This document shows, in pieces, positions 48,748-62,807 of a DNA stretch of 64,000 bases. This stretch comes from Paraspadella gotoi (Eukaryota > Animalia > Chaetognatha). A model generated the notes under the pieces. That model saw nothing but the letters and a program-made list of their open reading frames with translations. It was not told where the DNA came from and ran no database searches. Both the position numbers and the translations under genes were made by a program. Location: contig CM119265.1 in NCBI GenBank assembly GCA_051294375.1, forward strand, positions 24,163,341 through 24,227,340. The letters run 5' to 3'. Every line of letters starts with the position of its first letter. The first letter of the stretch is position 1.

Positions 48748-51099
48748 CTCTCTCTCTCCCTCTTAAAATCTCAGCGTCCCTCGAACGAGCGAAAAGCTTC
48801 AGATACAATGAAGAAACAGCAGACGTTGAACTTTGCACGTTCAAGTTTTCTCTTCAACGCGGATCATAACTTGCGCGCAATTGGCTGCGACGTGGTTCTT
48901 ACGTGCTACGTGTTAATTTCGTGCGAGATCAGTCCGTCGTTGAGTCATTAAATAAACAGGAATATATTCAACAATATCAAAATTTATTTACGATAATACG
49001 CCGATTTTTTCATCTTCAAATTTATGCTAATCAGGTTGTTTTTAACGACTTTTTAAAACTCTTTTGCTCCCTGATTCGGGGGGGGGTCATAGGTCGTCCA
49101 ATTTTTAAAGCTTTTTCACACATTTTTGGGCTCAGATTACCGCGTTTTCTGCATCTTCATATTATGGACCCTTCTACAATCTACATTCATCAATTTCCAA
49201 TATGTATTGTGTATGTAACCAATAATTTGAACATTCACCTCTCTCTGGGCCTTTGCCCCATTTTTTCTCGCCGGCCAATCTGGCGATTTTTGCCGCTCAT
49301 TTTCCCGGCGCCGATTTCGATTCACTTCTAAACTCTTTCGTTAAAAAAATCCTTTGCCTCACAGATTCACAGATTCACGGATTCACCTTCGATTCACTCG
49401 CAAAACATTCACCGGCACAAAAACCCAATGGATTTTTTTTTTTTTTTTTTTTAATAAAAACGTGGATTTTCTCTTAAAAAAAAACCTGAGATTAAACAAA
49501 CAGAAGGACGGGAGTGATGCGTGTCGGAGGAAGAGGGAGACAGAGTGAGCGAGAGTGAGAGCGAGAGATTGTGAGAATTGAGAAGGCGCGGAAAAAAAAT
49601 AGTAAGGCGACAATTAAAACTATTTTTTTTTTGAGCGAATGAAAAGAAGGAAAATAAATTAAAGTTACAAATCGATCGTCGAGTCTTCGGAGTCGCGTAA
49701 ACTCGATCCCCAAACGAATTTTCAAAACTCAAAACTCAAACTCGACACAATCTTTTTCTTTTTCTTTTTTTTTTGGGTGTCACTTTTTTTTTTTTGTTCT
49801 TTCACAAATCGTTCAACAAATCAACTTCGACTTTCAGTTTCTCAACGACCTTTGATAAGTTTATTTAGTTTTTATGGTTCGATTTAGTTGTGAAAAATTA
49901 GAATTTATAATTAAATGCGAGAAAAGCTTCAATCCAAGAGTAGGGTTTAACACTTCATCGGTATTGTTAAACGCGGAAATACGTACATTAACCTTTAAAC
50001 CAATATTAGAATATATCAATTTATTGACCAGTTGCGCATTGCTAAACGTAGAAATGCAATAGATAAGTTGTTTGAGTTACACCCTCTTTCGTGCATTTGG
50101 CGATTTAATATTTTTTCTGAGCCAATAAAGTCAGCCAACTGGTTTTGACTGAAACATCTTAACAGCCCGAAATAAACTCGCTCTTTATTTAAAATCCAGT
50201 CGAACTTTAAAACTGTAAATTTCTCATCGAAACTCAAGCTTCTCAGATGTTTATTGTTTAATTAAACTTTCAACTTCTTTTTCCTGTTTCTTCAGAAAGA
50301 TTAATCGACGACGACGACGACGACGCTTGACGATTGTAAAATTCTCCCTCGCGTCTCACGTCTCACGCTCCACGTTTCACATCGCAAGCCTCACCGATTT
50401 CGATCACATGACATCCCGAAGCTATGACGGTGCCACGGGAATTCACCGCAAAGTGACGGCGGATGTGAAAATCGGATTATTAGTGATATGAACTAAAACA
50501 ATTAACCAACTTCGTTTCGCGTCGATTACAATTGATGAAAAATAAATTACATTTTTAAAAAAAGTGACTTCTTGGAGACTTTTAATGCAAACGAAATAAG
50601 AAGGACAACGCCAGGAATTTTCTTATGCGGTTTGCGTTTTGGTGAGTCGAACGTTTTTGTGCGAAGCTTCCTTTTTGATTTGCTAATTTTTAATTGATTT
50701 GATGTTTTTCAAATTTGGTGTACGTCATGTGTATTTTATGCGGCATTTATAGGCGCGGTGTTAAAAAAATTAATTTTCCCAAATAATGCAGTATTTTGTT
50801 AAATTAAATTTAATAACTTTTTAAATTTAATTTAATAATCTTTTTAAATTTAATTTAAAAATATTTTTTACATTTTAAAACCTATTTTTTAGTTGTTTTG
50901 GTTCATGTCGTTCGGCAATGTCGTTTTGTCTAAGAGCAACAAGAAACAAACAAAAAGCAAAAAAAAACAACAACAATGATAACAACCATAACAACAACAA
51001 CCAACAACAACAACCATAACAACAGAATCGGGATTCTCTTGAAGATTTGTCGGGAAATCAAGGGGAGCGTTAAGTGGAAAGATGTGGTTAATCAATAAA

Positions 51100-51509
51100 A
51101 CATCTTCATCATCATCATTATCATCATCATCATCATCATCAACAACATCATTATCTATCATCATCATCCTCATCATCAATCATCATCATCAACCACATCA
51201 TTATCATCAACATCATTATATCATCAACATCATTATCATCATCATCACAATATCATCATTCATCATATCATCATCATCATCAATCATCAACAACACCGAC
51301 GTCCTCATCGGTATAATCACCATCTTTATCACAATCGTCTTATCATCCTCAATATCTTTTCATCATTGTTATCATCGTTCAAGATGCGAAGTTTTAACCT
51401 GTTCCTCAATTTATCTCACTTGATTTGTAATCAATTATCATAAGATTTTTTTATTATTATCTTGAGGGTTTCTTTCCTGCACTTTATCATCATATCGTCG
51501 TAGTAATCC

Positions 51510-51543
<34 letters not shown>

Positions 51544-51618
51544 TGTAAATTATCACATCTTAAGCATTATCATCATCATCATCATAACATCATAAGCATT
51601 ATCATTATCATCATCATC
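51100..51618. repeat. (ATC)n-rich microsatellite field
   Basis: Long imperfect catcatcat runs. Confidence 0.9.
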
Positions 51619-52789
51619 TTCTTCTAGTTTAAATCTATTTTTAAAAAACATTTAAGCATTTATTTAATAAAATTAATCTTTTTCGTTTTTCTTCGATTTC
51701 TGCCTTAAAAAAATTCGGTAGGCGTGACTGACTCGATCTCTCGCCTTTGCCTTCAGCGAAAAACGTGAAAAAGAAAAAAAAACATTCAAATGTTGTTGCT
51801 GTTTTATTTATTTTTTTAATATAAATAATTTTTTTTTTTAATTTATTTTCTTCAAGATTAGAAATCGTTTTGAAAATTTGACTCGTTGCGGCTTTCTTTG
51901 AATTTTTTTTTGTTGCAGGAATAATTTTTTACAAGAATTGTAATCACGTTTTTTTTTAATAGTTTTTTTATTATTCTAAAAATAGGAATTAAAGTTCAGC
52001 TCAGCTAAATTCCTTTTCATCAATGTCCTAAGAAAAAGAAAAAAATTCCGTTATTTTTAGTCATTCGGAGGCGTTACTAGTCCTGATGAGACCGAAGGAA
52101 AAAAAACAAAAAACACAATTTACTTCAATGGAAAAAACAATTTTTTGCGTGCGGTTGAGAAAGTTTCCGGATCGATTCCCGTCCCTCATAGTCGTTCGCT
52201 GAAAATTCCTCGACCGTTTTTTTTCTCCGCTTTTCTGTCAACTTTTAAAATTTGTCCATCTTAACATTCAAGGTTCAAACTAATCCAAACTGTTTTCGAA
52301 TTCGATCCAATCTTTTATCTTCCAATTAACCAAATCTCTTTTTGATTAAAAGTCGTCGCTTAACCCCGGATTCCTTTCGTCGGCTTTGGATAAACTGGTC
52401 CCTGGGGAAACGACGACGACGACGACGACAATAACAACGACGTCGACAACAACGACGAAAAAAGCAAACAACGGACGAAATCTTGTCGCCGTCGTCGTTC
52501 GTCGTTCGTCGTCGTCAGCTCAGCAGTCGTGATTTTCCTGCCAAATTATTTGTCGTGTTTTCGTTTTTTTGTTTTGTTCAAAACTGGGTTCCCGGTTTCT
52601 ATTTTGTCTCAATTTTTTCCCGAGTTTTTAAGAACTCAGGACGAAATCTCAACCTTTTGTTTCTCGCGGCGAAAGTTGACGATTTTACGGCGAAATTCAA
52701 GACGAAGTCTTGCGACGAAATCTGAAAATGAAATCTAAGGACGAAATGTTTATCGTCAGCAATCAGTTTCGAAAACTGTTATCGCTTTT

Positions 52790-53030
52790 AGTCGTTCGTT
52801 GGTTCGTTGTTGGTTCGTTGTTGGTTTGTTGTTGGTTCATTGTTGGTTCGTTGGTTAGTTGTTGGTTCGTTGGTTCGTGTTGGTTCGTTGTTGGTTTGTT
52901 GGTTCGTTTTTGGTTCGTTGGTTTGTTGTTGGTTCGTTGGTTTGTTGTTGGTTCGTTGTTGGTTTGTTTTTTGTTCGTTGTTGGTTCGTTGTTGGTTCGT
53001 TGTTGGTTCGTTGGTTCGCTGGTTCGTTAG
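52790..53030. repeat. (GTTGGTTC/GTT)n minisatellite
   Basis: Tandem ttggttcgttg variants. Confidence 0.9.
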
Positions 53031-53369
53031 TTCTTTGAAATTACGAAATTCTATATATTATTCGTTTTTACCCTTTATAAGCGAAATGTTCATATTCGTC
53101 GTGTTTTAACCCTTTCTTTCTGTATTTTGTTTTATCCTCCGAAACGATTTAACTCTGGTTTTCGTGTCTCGTCTGTTTTTGTTTCTCTCGATTAAACCTG
53201 TTTTCTGTTTTCTCCCTTTATTTCTATTTCGTGTCTGTTTTCTCTCTTTCTTTCTATTTCGTGTCTGTTTTTTCTCTTTCGTGTCGTTGATCCGTCGTGG
53301 TTTGAACTTTTGGTGGAGTCGATTTGGTTTTTCGTTTTATGAGATTTTGGAGTTTTTTTGAAAATTAAT

Positions 53370-54080
53370 CAATAAATAAAGTTACATGTATGTAATTAAT
53401 TATGTTAATTATTATTGTAGAAAATTAATAAAAGACTAAAAAAATTGGTAAGATAAATTTTATGTCTAATACCGATTTTGTCCTTTGTTACTTGCATGTA
53501 AACCTTCTCTGAAGATGAGAGATTAAAAATTATAAAGTCAAGATTTCTAGATTTTACTGTTTTTCTACGCAAATGATTTAAATTTTTTTTTCAAATATCT
53601 GTTGGTGACTTATTCTGTCAAATGAAGTGAAGTCAAGTCATGTTGATTGTGTCGAGTCACGTCGGGTCGTGTTGGGTCTTTTCGAATCATGTCGAGTCAT
53701 ATCAAGTTGTGTCAAGTTGGGTCAAGTCATGTCGAGTCATTTCGAGTCGCGTCGTGTCATGTCGTGTTGAGTCGTGATAAGTCTTTGGCTGAATTTCGTT
53801 TGAAAAAGAATTTTAATAAATAAATTTACATGTGTGTACTTAAATTAATTTTCTTTGTTTGTTGAAAATTAGTTAAAAACTAAAACAATGGGTAAATCTT
53901 ATGTCAAACACCGATTTTTTCCTCTGTTACTTGCAAGTTAACCTGTAAATATGAGAGATTAAAAATTGACAAAGAAAGCCAAGATTGTTTCAATACATCG
54001 CATTTTAACTCAAATGGTTTTAAAATTTACAGACTCAATTTATTTTCCGTTTCTTTTCAGACATCCGTCGGTGACTTTCT
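53370..54080. repeat. Diverged ~240-bp direct duplication flanking a (GTCGA/GTCAT) pentamer tract
   Basis: ~53370-53620 resembles ~53815-54080 (aataaataaa.ttacatgt...ccgatttt...gttacttgca...atgagagattaaaaatt...ggtgactt). The pentamer satellite lies at ~53625-53775. Confidence 0.7.
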
Positions 54081-54110
54081 TGAGGAAGTGCGCGCCGAAA
54101 ACAGTAAAAA

Positions 54111-54644
54111 ATGGGTAAGTTTTTCTTTCTGCGTTCACAGTTTTTCTCAATTGATGTATTAAAGTAAATAAAAAATTAAGCTCTCAATAATTCCAATTGA
54201 AATGGTTACAAATTAAATATATATCAATTTATAGTATTTATCAAAAAAATTATTTCTTCAAAACTTCATGTCGACAAAGTTTTTAAATAAAAAAAAATGT
54301 TAAAACTTAACTAAAAGGGAAAATTAAAAACACAAAAAACTAAAAGCTGTCTACTTGTCAAAAAAGATGAGCGTTATAAATTTTTTTTATTTTCAAAAGT
54401 TTTGATTGATTACGGTCAAACGAAAATAACCGTCCAAAAACTAAAACTACACTTTTACGAGTAATAAAAGTTCACTTTTTTTCCTCACTGATTACGATGA
54501 ATTTTGTTTTATTATCTGCAAAAAAATAAAAATAAATTAAAAAACCTTCGTTTCTCTTTCTGCTCTGTGTCTTGTCTCGTGAGTCAGACTCGCGGAGCCA
54601 AGAAACTCAACTCGACATTTTTCCTGAACTGCTTTACATTCTCT

Positions 54645-54733
<89 letters not shown>

Positions 54734-57700
54734 CCTCCATCCAGACCTCCTCAGAACCTGAACTGAAAAAGAGAAAGAAAGAAAAAAGAAAAAAAAACTC
54801 GAATCAATTCCAGTTTTTAAACTCGAAACAACTCGTTTTCGTTTCTCCCGAATAAAGATTAAAAGAGAATCTAGTTTCTTTTTCTATTTCTTTCCTTTTT
54901 TTTGGCTCTTTCTTTAATTGCTCCTTTCTCTGAGGTCGAAGCGACTACAGTAATTTGTCGCCTCGCCCTTTTTTTACTTTTGTCGGACATTACTATTTAG
55001 TTTCGATTCGTTATTTCGAATTTCGTTATAACAGGAAACTCCTGTGGCAAACAAAGAGGTAAAGATACTAGATTAGATTCCGATTGCTGTGTTGTTGTTT
55101 TGGTTGTTATTGTTGTTGTAGTAACCGTCGTTGTCCAGGAGATGTTCTCTCTTTCGTTGTTGTTGTCGAATGCGAAACAGAAACAGTTACGGATTTGTTT
55201 TGTTGCAAAACCGCAGATCTTGTTTTGTTTTTGTTACTAAATCGAAACAAATCAATGTATTGGAAAGAGAAGGAATCCTATAAACGTTTGTCTAGTAATT
55301 TTTTATGTTTTTGACCAAAAAATAAGAAATTTAAGAAAGATTAACTTAGTCCTGATAAAAAAGACTAAATAAACACGGTTAAAGCTAACTTCCAAACTAA
55401 TATCTATGTGTTTTTACTGACCAAAAAAAATATTTTCATGTCTGTAATCGTTAATTTTTATTTGACAAAAAATCTCGAAATAAATTTTTTTTTCTCACTA
55501 AGCGTGGGAAAGTTGAATTCTTGTAAAGAACATCAGACAATTCTTTTTGGAGAATGAAATTCTTGACCAAGTCGCGACGTGTTCTTTTTTTCGCTGAAAT
55601 CTCATTTCGGTTTTATCAATACTATTTTTAAATGAATTAATATCTACAGTTTAGACAAAGAAAGTTTTTCAGAAAAAAAATTAATTCTTAAATAATTGAA
55701 ACGATAATTAATTAATTTTTCTAGGCAACAAAATAATTTTTTTAAGCGCACCGAAAAAAAATATTTTAGTATTTTTAACATTATATTATCATTCTTATTG
55801 TCATTATCATGATCATCGTCTATTTCATTTTCTTTTCATTTTCCGCATGATTGCTACTTTTGCTTTGATTATACCCCTTGCTTTTTTAGAAGCCCCGAGT
55901 GCCAAACGCCCCGGTTCTGCAGCAACCTCGTCCGCCGCAACTCTGCCACAACCAACCGCCAACCCTTCCGTCGATTCTAACTCCTCAGATCTGGACTCTG
56001 TCTTGGGGAAGCTAGATTTGGGAGGTATATTATCAACTAACAGTTTTGTCATATTGTATTCGACTTAAAAAAGAAAAGACTATTAAGTTATAAAAAAAAG
56101 CAGAAAATAACAAAAAATCAGAAACGGCTTCCAAGACAACAGGGTCCTAATTGATTGTGCAGTAACAAAACATACCTAAAAATTTACACCATTTTTACCA
56201 GCATGTTTCAACTAATCAGCTTTGTTTCGTTTTGTGACGTGTTCTCCCGCTATTTCTTTAACCCTCGAAAAAAAACCATCCTTACAATTCCTCCGAAACC
56301 CTCCCAAAAAATATTTTATGAAAATATTGATAAAAAAAAATTATTATAAAACGCCGACTCGTCTTGATGCAGCAAAAAGTCAGCCACCAACATCCGCCGC
56401 AGCGCAGCAACAGCAGCAGCCTTTGAGCAAAAGCGCCAAACGGAGACTCAAGCGAAAACAGAAAAAACGTAAATAAACAAAAGACAAACGAAAAAAATGA
56501 CTTAAAAATAAAAATGGGGAAATTTTAGCAGAGGCACGCAATACATGTCTTATTTTTTGGTTTAACGCTCTGCTAAAATTTTCACTATATGTACAAATTA
56601 TAATCATTTAATTATGTCATAAATTTCTACTAATTTTAACGAATAAAAACGAAAAAAAAAAAATAACCCTGTAGAGAAAATGGCGGAGGCGGCGGCGAAG
56701 AAAACCGACAAAGCAGCAGCGGAGCCTTTAATTGCGGAGCCGGTAATCGGCCCGGCGAAGTCAACCGGCGCCGGATTTACGAGCGGATCTCTCCCACCGC
56801 CGCGTGGCCCCGCCCACGACGCCAGCGGCGCGAAAGGAGGCAAGAATGGCAGCGCTAAGATCAAAGCTAAGGGCGATGCGGATGTCGAATCTAAAAGTGG
56901 CCCTAAAGGCGGTGCCAAAGTTGCGGAGCCAGTCATTGCGGAGCCGATCATCGGGCCTGCAAAATCCTCCGGCACGGGATACACCAGCGGATCTTTACCA
57001 CCTCCGCGCTTTCCAATTCACGACGCTGGGGGCGCCAAGGGAGGCGCCAAGGGAGGCGCCAAGGGAGGCGCCAAGGGCGGTGCCAAGGTCAGCGCTAAGT
57101 CGGCGGAGCCTCTCGTCTCCGAACCCTTCATCGCGGAGCCAGTCATCGGCGCCGTCAAGTCTTCAGGCACAGGCTACACTGGAGGATCCCTTCCGCCGCT
57201 CCGCGCTCACGGTGCCGACAAAAGCGGCGCCAACGCCGCGGGGCCAAAGGGCGACGCCGGCGCCGCGATCGACGCCGTTGACGCCGCCGCTGACCACGCC
57301 GCCCCTGGGTCGTCGGCAAAAGGGAAGAAGAACAAGAAAAAGAACAAAAGCGGCGGGAAAGAGAGCGAAGTTGTTCCGGAAGTCGTCGTGGCGCCGATCG
57401 CCGCCTCCGGTACTGGATTTTCCCACGCGACGCTGCCGCCGAGTAATTTTCCGCCCAAAGCCGGAAAGTCGGAGGAGAAAGTCGTCAAGGGAAAGGCCTC
57501 GGCTCAGGAGAGTTCCGGCAAAGGTCATGGCAAAGGGCCGATCGTCGAGGAGCCGATTCTGATGCCGGGGAAATCGACCGGAACAGGATATTCGTCGTCG
57601 TCTCTTCCGCCCTCGAATTTCGAGAAAAAAGTGGAATCGAAGTCGGCGAAAGATCAAAAGGTCGAAGCGCCGATTACTCCAGCTGCTCCAATAGCTCCAG

Positions 57701-59019
57701 TAGAAAATATCATCGCCCCGAAATCGGGACACGGAACTGGGTTTTCCGATAAAACTTTGCCTCCTTGCAATTTCCCGAAAAAGGACGCGTCGAAACCGAC
57801 CACCGGAAAAGGTTCCGATCACGAGGAAAAAATTCTCAGTCCCGTAAAATCCTCACAAGCTCACGCGGCTCCAGAAGCTCTAATAGCTCCAGTAGAAAAC
57901 GTCATAGCTCCTAAATCCAGTCACGGTACAGGGTACTCCGATGCAACTCTGCCCCCATCTAATTTTCCTAAAAAAGAAGTCTCGAAACCGGGGGGGAAAA
58001 CGACAGATCACGAGAAAGTCCCGAGTCCAGTGAAAACTTCACAGGCTCATGCAACGCCCGAATTATCTATCGCTCCAGTAGAAAACGTCATAGCGCCGAA
58101 ATCTGGTCACGGTACTGGATTTTCCGATAAAACTTTGCCCCCGTCGAATTTTCCGAAGAAAGAGGCTTCGAAGAAAGGTCCCGTTGAGGAAAGTGTGCAA
58201 CCGGTGAAATCCTCTCAGGTTCACGCGGCAGCAGCTCCAGCGGCGGCAGCTCTAGCCGCAGCGACGCCGCCGGCAAAATCGAAAGAAGCGCCTCTCGTTT
58301 GCGAAGAAATTGTGGCGCCGAAATCATCGAAGGGGACAGGATTCTCTGACGCTACTTTGCCTCCAGCGAATTTTGATAAGAAGGGACATGAAACAGGACA
58401 TGGAAAAGATAAAAAGGGGCATGAAAAGGAAAAAACGGGGCATGGAAAAGATAAAAAGGACACAACTCCTCCTCCCATCGAGGAAATGTTGATCCCTAAA
58501 TCGAACACGGGGACAGGCTTCTCCGACGCCACACTCCCGCCTTCCAATTTCGGCAAAGCTCCGTCGACGCCGACGACGACGACGACGCCGACGACGACGA
58601 CGACGACGCCAGTGCCGACACCAACCCATTCAGCGCCTCTCAATTCCACGCCCATCAAAAAGGTCGAGGAGCCCATGATTGCCGTCGCGAAAAATGCCAC
58701 CAGCCAATCAGCGCCGGCGGTTAAGAGCCCTGCCAACCAATCAACGCCGGCCAAAGGCAAGCCCACCGATTCCAAGGCGCCGGAACCTCATCTCAAGTCG
58801 AAAGAGTCGACCGGCACCGGACATTCGGACAAAACTTTACCACCGGCGCATTTTGATAAGAGTCCGAGTCCGGACAAGACCGGTAAGACTCCCGTACCGG
58901 CGGCCAAAACGGCCGGAACCGCTGCAAAGAGCGCCGCTCCATCGACGGATCCAAAAGTGACGCCCAAGTCTAGTCATGGCACCGGTTTCACTGACGGCTC
59001 TCTCCCTCCAGCGAAGCCT

Positions 59020-59058
<39 letters not shown>

Positions 59059-59070
59059 AAAAAGCATTAG
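54111..59070 (+). CDS. ~884-aa predicted N-acylated, low-complexity Pro/Ala/Lys/Ser-rich protein with 12 GTG(F/Y)-LPP repeats; family unknown
   Basis: Coding exons 54111-54114, 55035-55058, 55890-56024, 56373-56468 and 56675-59070, all phase 1 and joining in frame to the 796-aa ORF. N-terminus: MGNSCGKQREAPSAKR...DLDSVLGKLDLG...SKSAKRRLKRKQKKQKMAE. Confidence 0.8.
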
Positions 59071-59732
59071 CTTTTTTTCGCTCGATACTACACCCATACT
59101 CCGCTTATATTATATACATATTTAAAAACGCCCAACATTAGTTTATAATCGAGGAGATTTCGACGCTGAATCGCTAGTCAAAATTTAAAAAAAAAAAAAA
59201 AAAAATAAACAAATCTGTGATCGGAAGACCAAAGCAAAACTCAGGTACTAATCGATTAAAAAAAAAATATCGATAAAAATCTTCGATAAAATCGCAGTAG
59301 GAAAAAATATACACGAGCTTTTCTCCCACTCACCTCGCTTTTAGTGTGTACTAATTTAGAGTAGCACAACATGGTTTTCCGACAATGATTTTCAATGTCG
59401 CTGTTACTTTCTCACTATTAGGCGAGCCACAGTGTTTTTATTGACAAAGAATACTAGGTCATGAGAGCACTGTGCATCGCTACTTTTTCATCACCCTGTA
59501 TCATTAGTTTGGCATAAATTATTTCTGTACTAACACCACCGCTAGATTACTTTCTATTTATATATTCTTAATTTGGTATATTTATAATCATTTTCGTATT
59601 AATACTGTCGTAAATTATTATCAAAACAAATCAATGTCAATCATATACTACAAACTACGTTGGCTAGTTAACTACATTTTCTTGGTTTGTTTTGATTGGT
59701 TTCGATGTTTCCATAGCGTCTATGATTTTGTA

Positions 59733-59845
59733 TCACATAATGATACATTTCTTGAAGTCGTCCATATCTTGTTCCTTTGTTCCTGAAAATCTCCGTCTGG
59801 TTGACAAGAGATCCGCTGGAACTTGGAGTCGCTTTTCCGTCGACT
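59733..59845 (-). CDS. Candidate terminal exon ending in a CaaX box (KKCIIM*)
   Basis: Minus-strand acceptor cttttgtttttctag, then a phase-1 frame STEKRLQVPADLLSTRRRFSGTKEQDMDDFKKCIIM-TGA. Upstream exons not identified. Confidence 0.35.
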
Positions 59846-60295
59846 CTAGAAAAACAAAAGACTTGTATGTTAAATATTTGTGAGGTGATAATTGGTAACT
59901 GCGTCACATAGTAGTCGAAACCGTAATAATAAATATATATAGATATAAGGTGAAGAAACATTTTATCATGTTTATCACTTTTTATTACATTTTTGTAATT
60001 TTAGAAAACTGAATATTTCTCCAAATATTAAATATAAATCACCTTGATTTCAGTTTTAGGCAAAAAAGACGCGTTATAAATTTGTTTTGGTAGTATCAAA
60101 AAAATCTTTCTGATATTCCTAAATTTATTTTGTTTTTAAAACTTATCTAAATGAAGTGCATCGTAGTCGATTTTCAAAAGTTTTCAAATATTTTAAACTC
60201 TCTCGTTTCGTACAATCGTCACTCAAAATCCAAACATCGTTCAACCAAATCTTCCCCCCTACCCCCAAATCCGCCTACCAAATCTTTTCCCCCTC

Positions 60296-60560
60296 TATAA
60301 ATCTTCCCACCTTTCGTCTCCGTCTTCGACTCCTTCACGTCCTCAGGGACGACGACTTCAACAGATTTCACTTCCGACGCCATAATTCGTTTGTTTGTTT
60401 GTTTTGTTTACTTTGGATTAAAACTTGATTAAATACGAAATCTTTTTCTTTGGACGGTTTGAGTTTGTTTTTTTTTCTTCTTTTGTGCAAAAATTCTTTT
60501 TTCGGTTTCGTTTGCAAAGTTTACTCTTTTTTTTTTCGAATTTGAGAGAAAGAATTGAAG
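60296..60560 (+). promoter_or_regulatory. Possible TATA box and non-coding first exon of a downstream gene
   Basis: tataaat at ~60296, a pyrimidine/GAC-rich leader, and donor gaag|gtgagg at 60560/60561. Confidence 0.3.
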
Positions 60561-61206
60561 GTGAGGTTCTTTAGAATTCAGATTTGTTAAAATACCAAAA
60601 AAAGATCCGGGCTTACGTAAGATTTCTTTTGTCTAAAACTTTCTACTAAAGCTTTTTTTCAGTTAAGTTTGTCTAAAAGTGGTTTGCTCGTTATCGGAAG
60701 GGTCCTCGGCTTTTTAAAGATTTTCTTTTCATTCTAGAATTTTGTTTTCAAACGGGCGCACACACACGATTACGCTAGCACACACACAAAAAAACTTGCG
60801 GTTCCACTTTTGACGCGATGACCCGAGAGAACGAGAGGTAACGAGAAAGTGGCAGGTGTGGGGAAAGGTAGAGAACGGGTACTGGAAAGTCCGGGTGGGT
60901 TCAACCTAGGAAGTTGAGTTTCGTCAGGGTTGCCCGGGTGAGGCTCGCGGGTTTGGTAAGGTGACCATCGAGGGTCCTGTTCCCTGACGTCCCGATTTGC
61001 AACGTGACGCAAAACAAATGATTATTCTCTTTTGAGTTTTCCTTTCAGCTTTGTTCCTGTAATCAAGTCGCTGTGCCTAATTTACCTTGTGTGACGAGAC
61101 TTGGGTCACTGTGCTGTAATCTTTGTCCCGGATGCGCGAATCTCGATCGAGATATTTTTATCTTTGCGACTTAATTGACTTTTCGAGTTTTCGTCACCGA
61201 GAAGGA

Positions 61207-61252
<46 letters not shown>

Positions 61253-62205
61253 CGATTACCGGATTTTGAATACGGCCGATCGATTAAAAATTGCAATGAC
61301 GTTTGACGAAAGATATTTAAAAAAAGTATATCAAATATTAATCGATGTATTTATTTAATTTAACTCGCTTTAAATTAAAGTTTTTTAATTCTACTCCGGA
61401 GTAAACAAAAGCAACAATAAACCCACAAATCATGTCCGTTTATTGTCAAAAACAAAATTGTCATTTTTAAGATCATTTATTTATTTTTATGTTTTTCCCA
61501 TTCTTCTTTTGTTATGATATGAAAGAGACTAGTACTACTTATTCTAGGAAATAATAAATAGACGCCATAATTTGAGTATATAAATATGCAAGAGCTCTAT
61601 ATTCTAAAACACCAACAACTATGAAAGTGCAAATATTATAATGCTTTCATGAAGGAAAATATTTTTTTTTAAATTTCTTGTTCGATAGAATTTCTTCACT
61701 TTGGATAAACACCGATTTACGAAAATAATCAAAAAAACAAAAAAAAAACAACTAATGTTTGTTAATAATGTTCAAGGGGTTTTTTATTCCACTTGTCAAC
61801 CTCGCTAAATCTCAATATGTAAATCCCACCAATTTAAAACTGTACACAAAAAAAATTCAGCCAATCAGTAAACGAGGCTTTTTTTTTTTCGTTTTTCTTT
61901 TGAGTCCCAGGTCCGGTTTTCTTTTCCCCATGATCGCGCATTCAACATTATGGCGCTGGTCACATTATGGCGCATTTCTTTCCTCCTTCCAGAACCAACT
62001 CCCTCTCGTCATTTTCGCTCCATCGACGTTTGTGAGTTTGACCTTTGACCTCTTCTTTGCCTCGCGGGTTTTCTAGACGCGTCCCTGTACGAGTCGTGGG
62101 CGGAAAATTGGGAGAAAATTTGAATTTAAGATGTTTGTTTAAAATAATATAAATTCTAATCGGGAAGTCGGGAATGAAAAATACATTCAGCCTTAGGCGT
62201 AGGTA

Positions 62206-62287
<82 letters not shown>

Positions 62288-62583
62288 AGAATGAGAGGAG
62301 AGGGGGAAAGATATTAGTTGGGGTGAGTAACAAAATACTGATAAAAAATACATCAAAAAGAGATTGAATAAAATCAAAACAGCTTAAGAAATTATTTCAA
62401 ACTCTCCCCTCCAAAATTTTTTTTACCGTTGGCGGTATTCGCGTTCCTTTCCTTCTCATCGCTTCCTCCATCCATCCTCTTTCTCCCTTCATCCAATTCT
62501 GCAGACATTTTTTTTCTTCTGTCGAATATTTTTTTTTTATTTCTTGGAAATGTCTTCGCTCTTTTTCGCGTTTCTGGTAGTGT

Positions 62584-62664
<81 letters not shown>

Positions 62665-62705
62665 AAAAAATAAATAATAATTACGCGTTTGGTAAGGTAA
62701 AGATA

Positions 62706-62807
62706 ATGTAAAGGTAATATAAAGGTGTAAATGAAATGTAAAGGTAATGTAAAGGTATAAAGGTAATGTAAAGGTCTAAACTCTAAAGGTAATGTAAAGG
62801 TGATGTA
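62706..62807. repeat. (TGTAAAGGTAA)n minisatellite
   Basis: Tandem 11-mer variants. Confidence 0.8.

Noticed and set aside
52082-52110. ctgatgagaccgaagg as a hammerhead ribozyme core
   Set aside because: Stem II is incomplete and is followed by an A-run rather than a GAAAC with stem III and a cleavage triplet.
60895-60930. Minus-strand CUGACGA plus hairpin as a hammerhead
   Set aside because: GAAA overlaps the CUGACGA with no stem II between them, so the topology does not fit.
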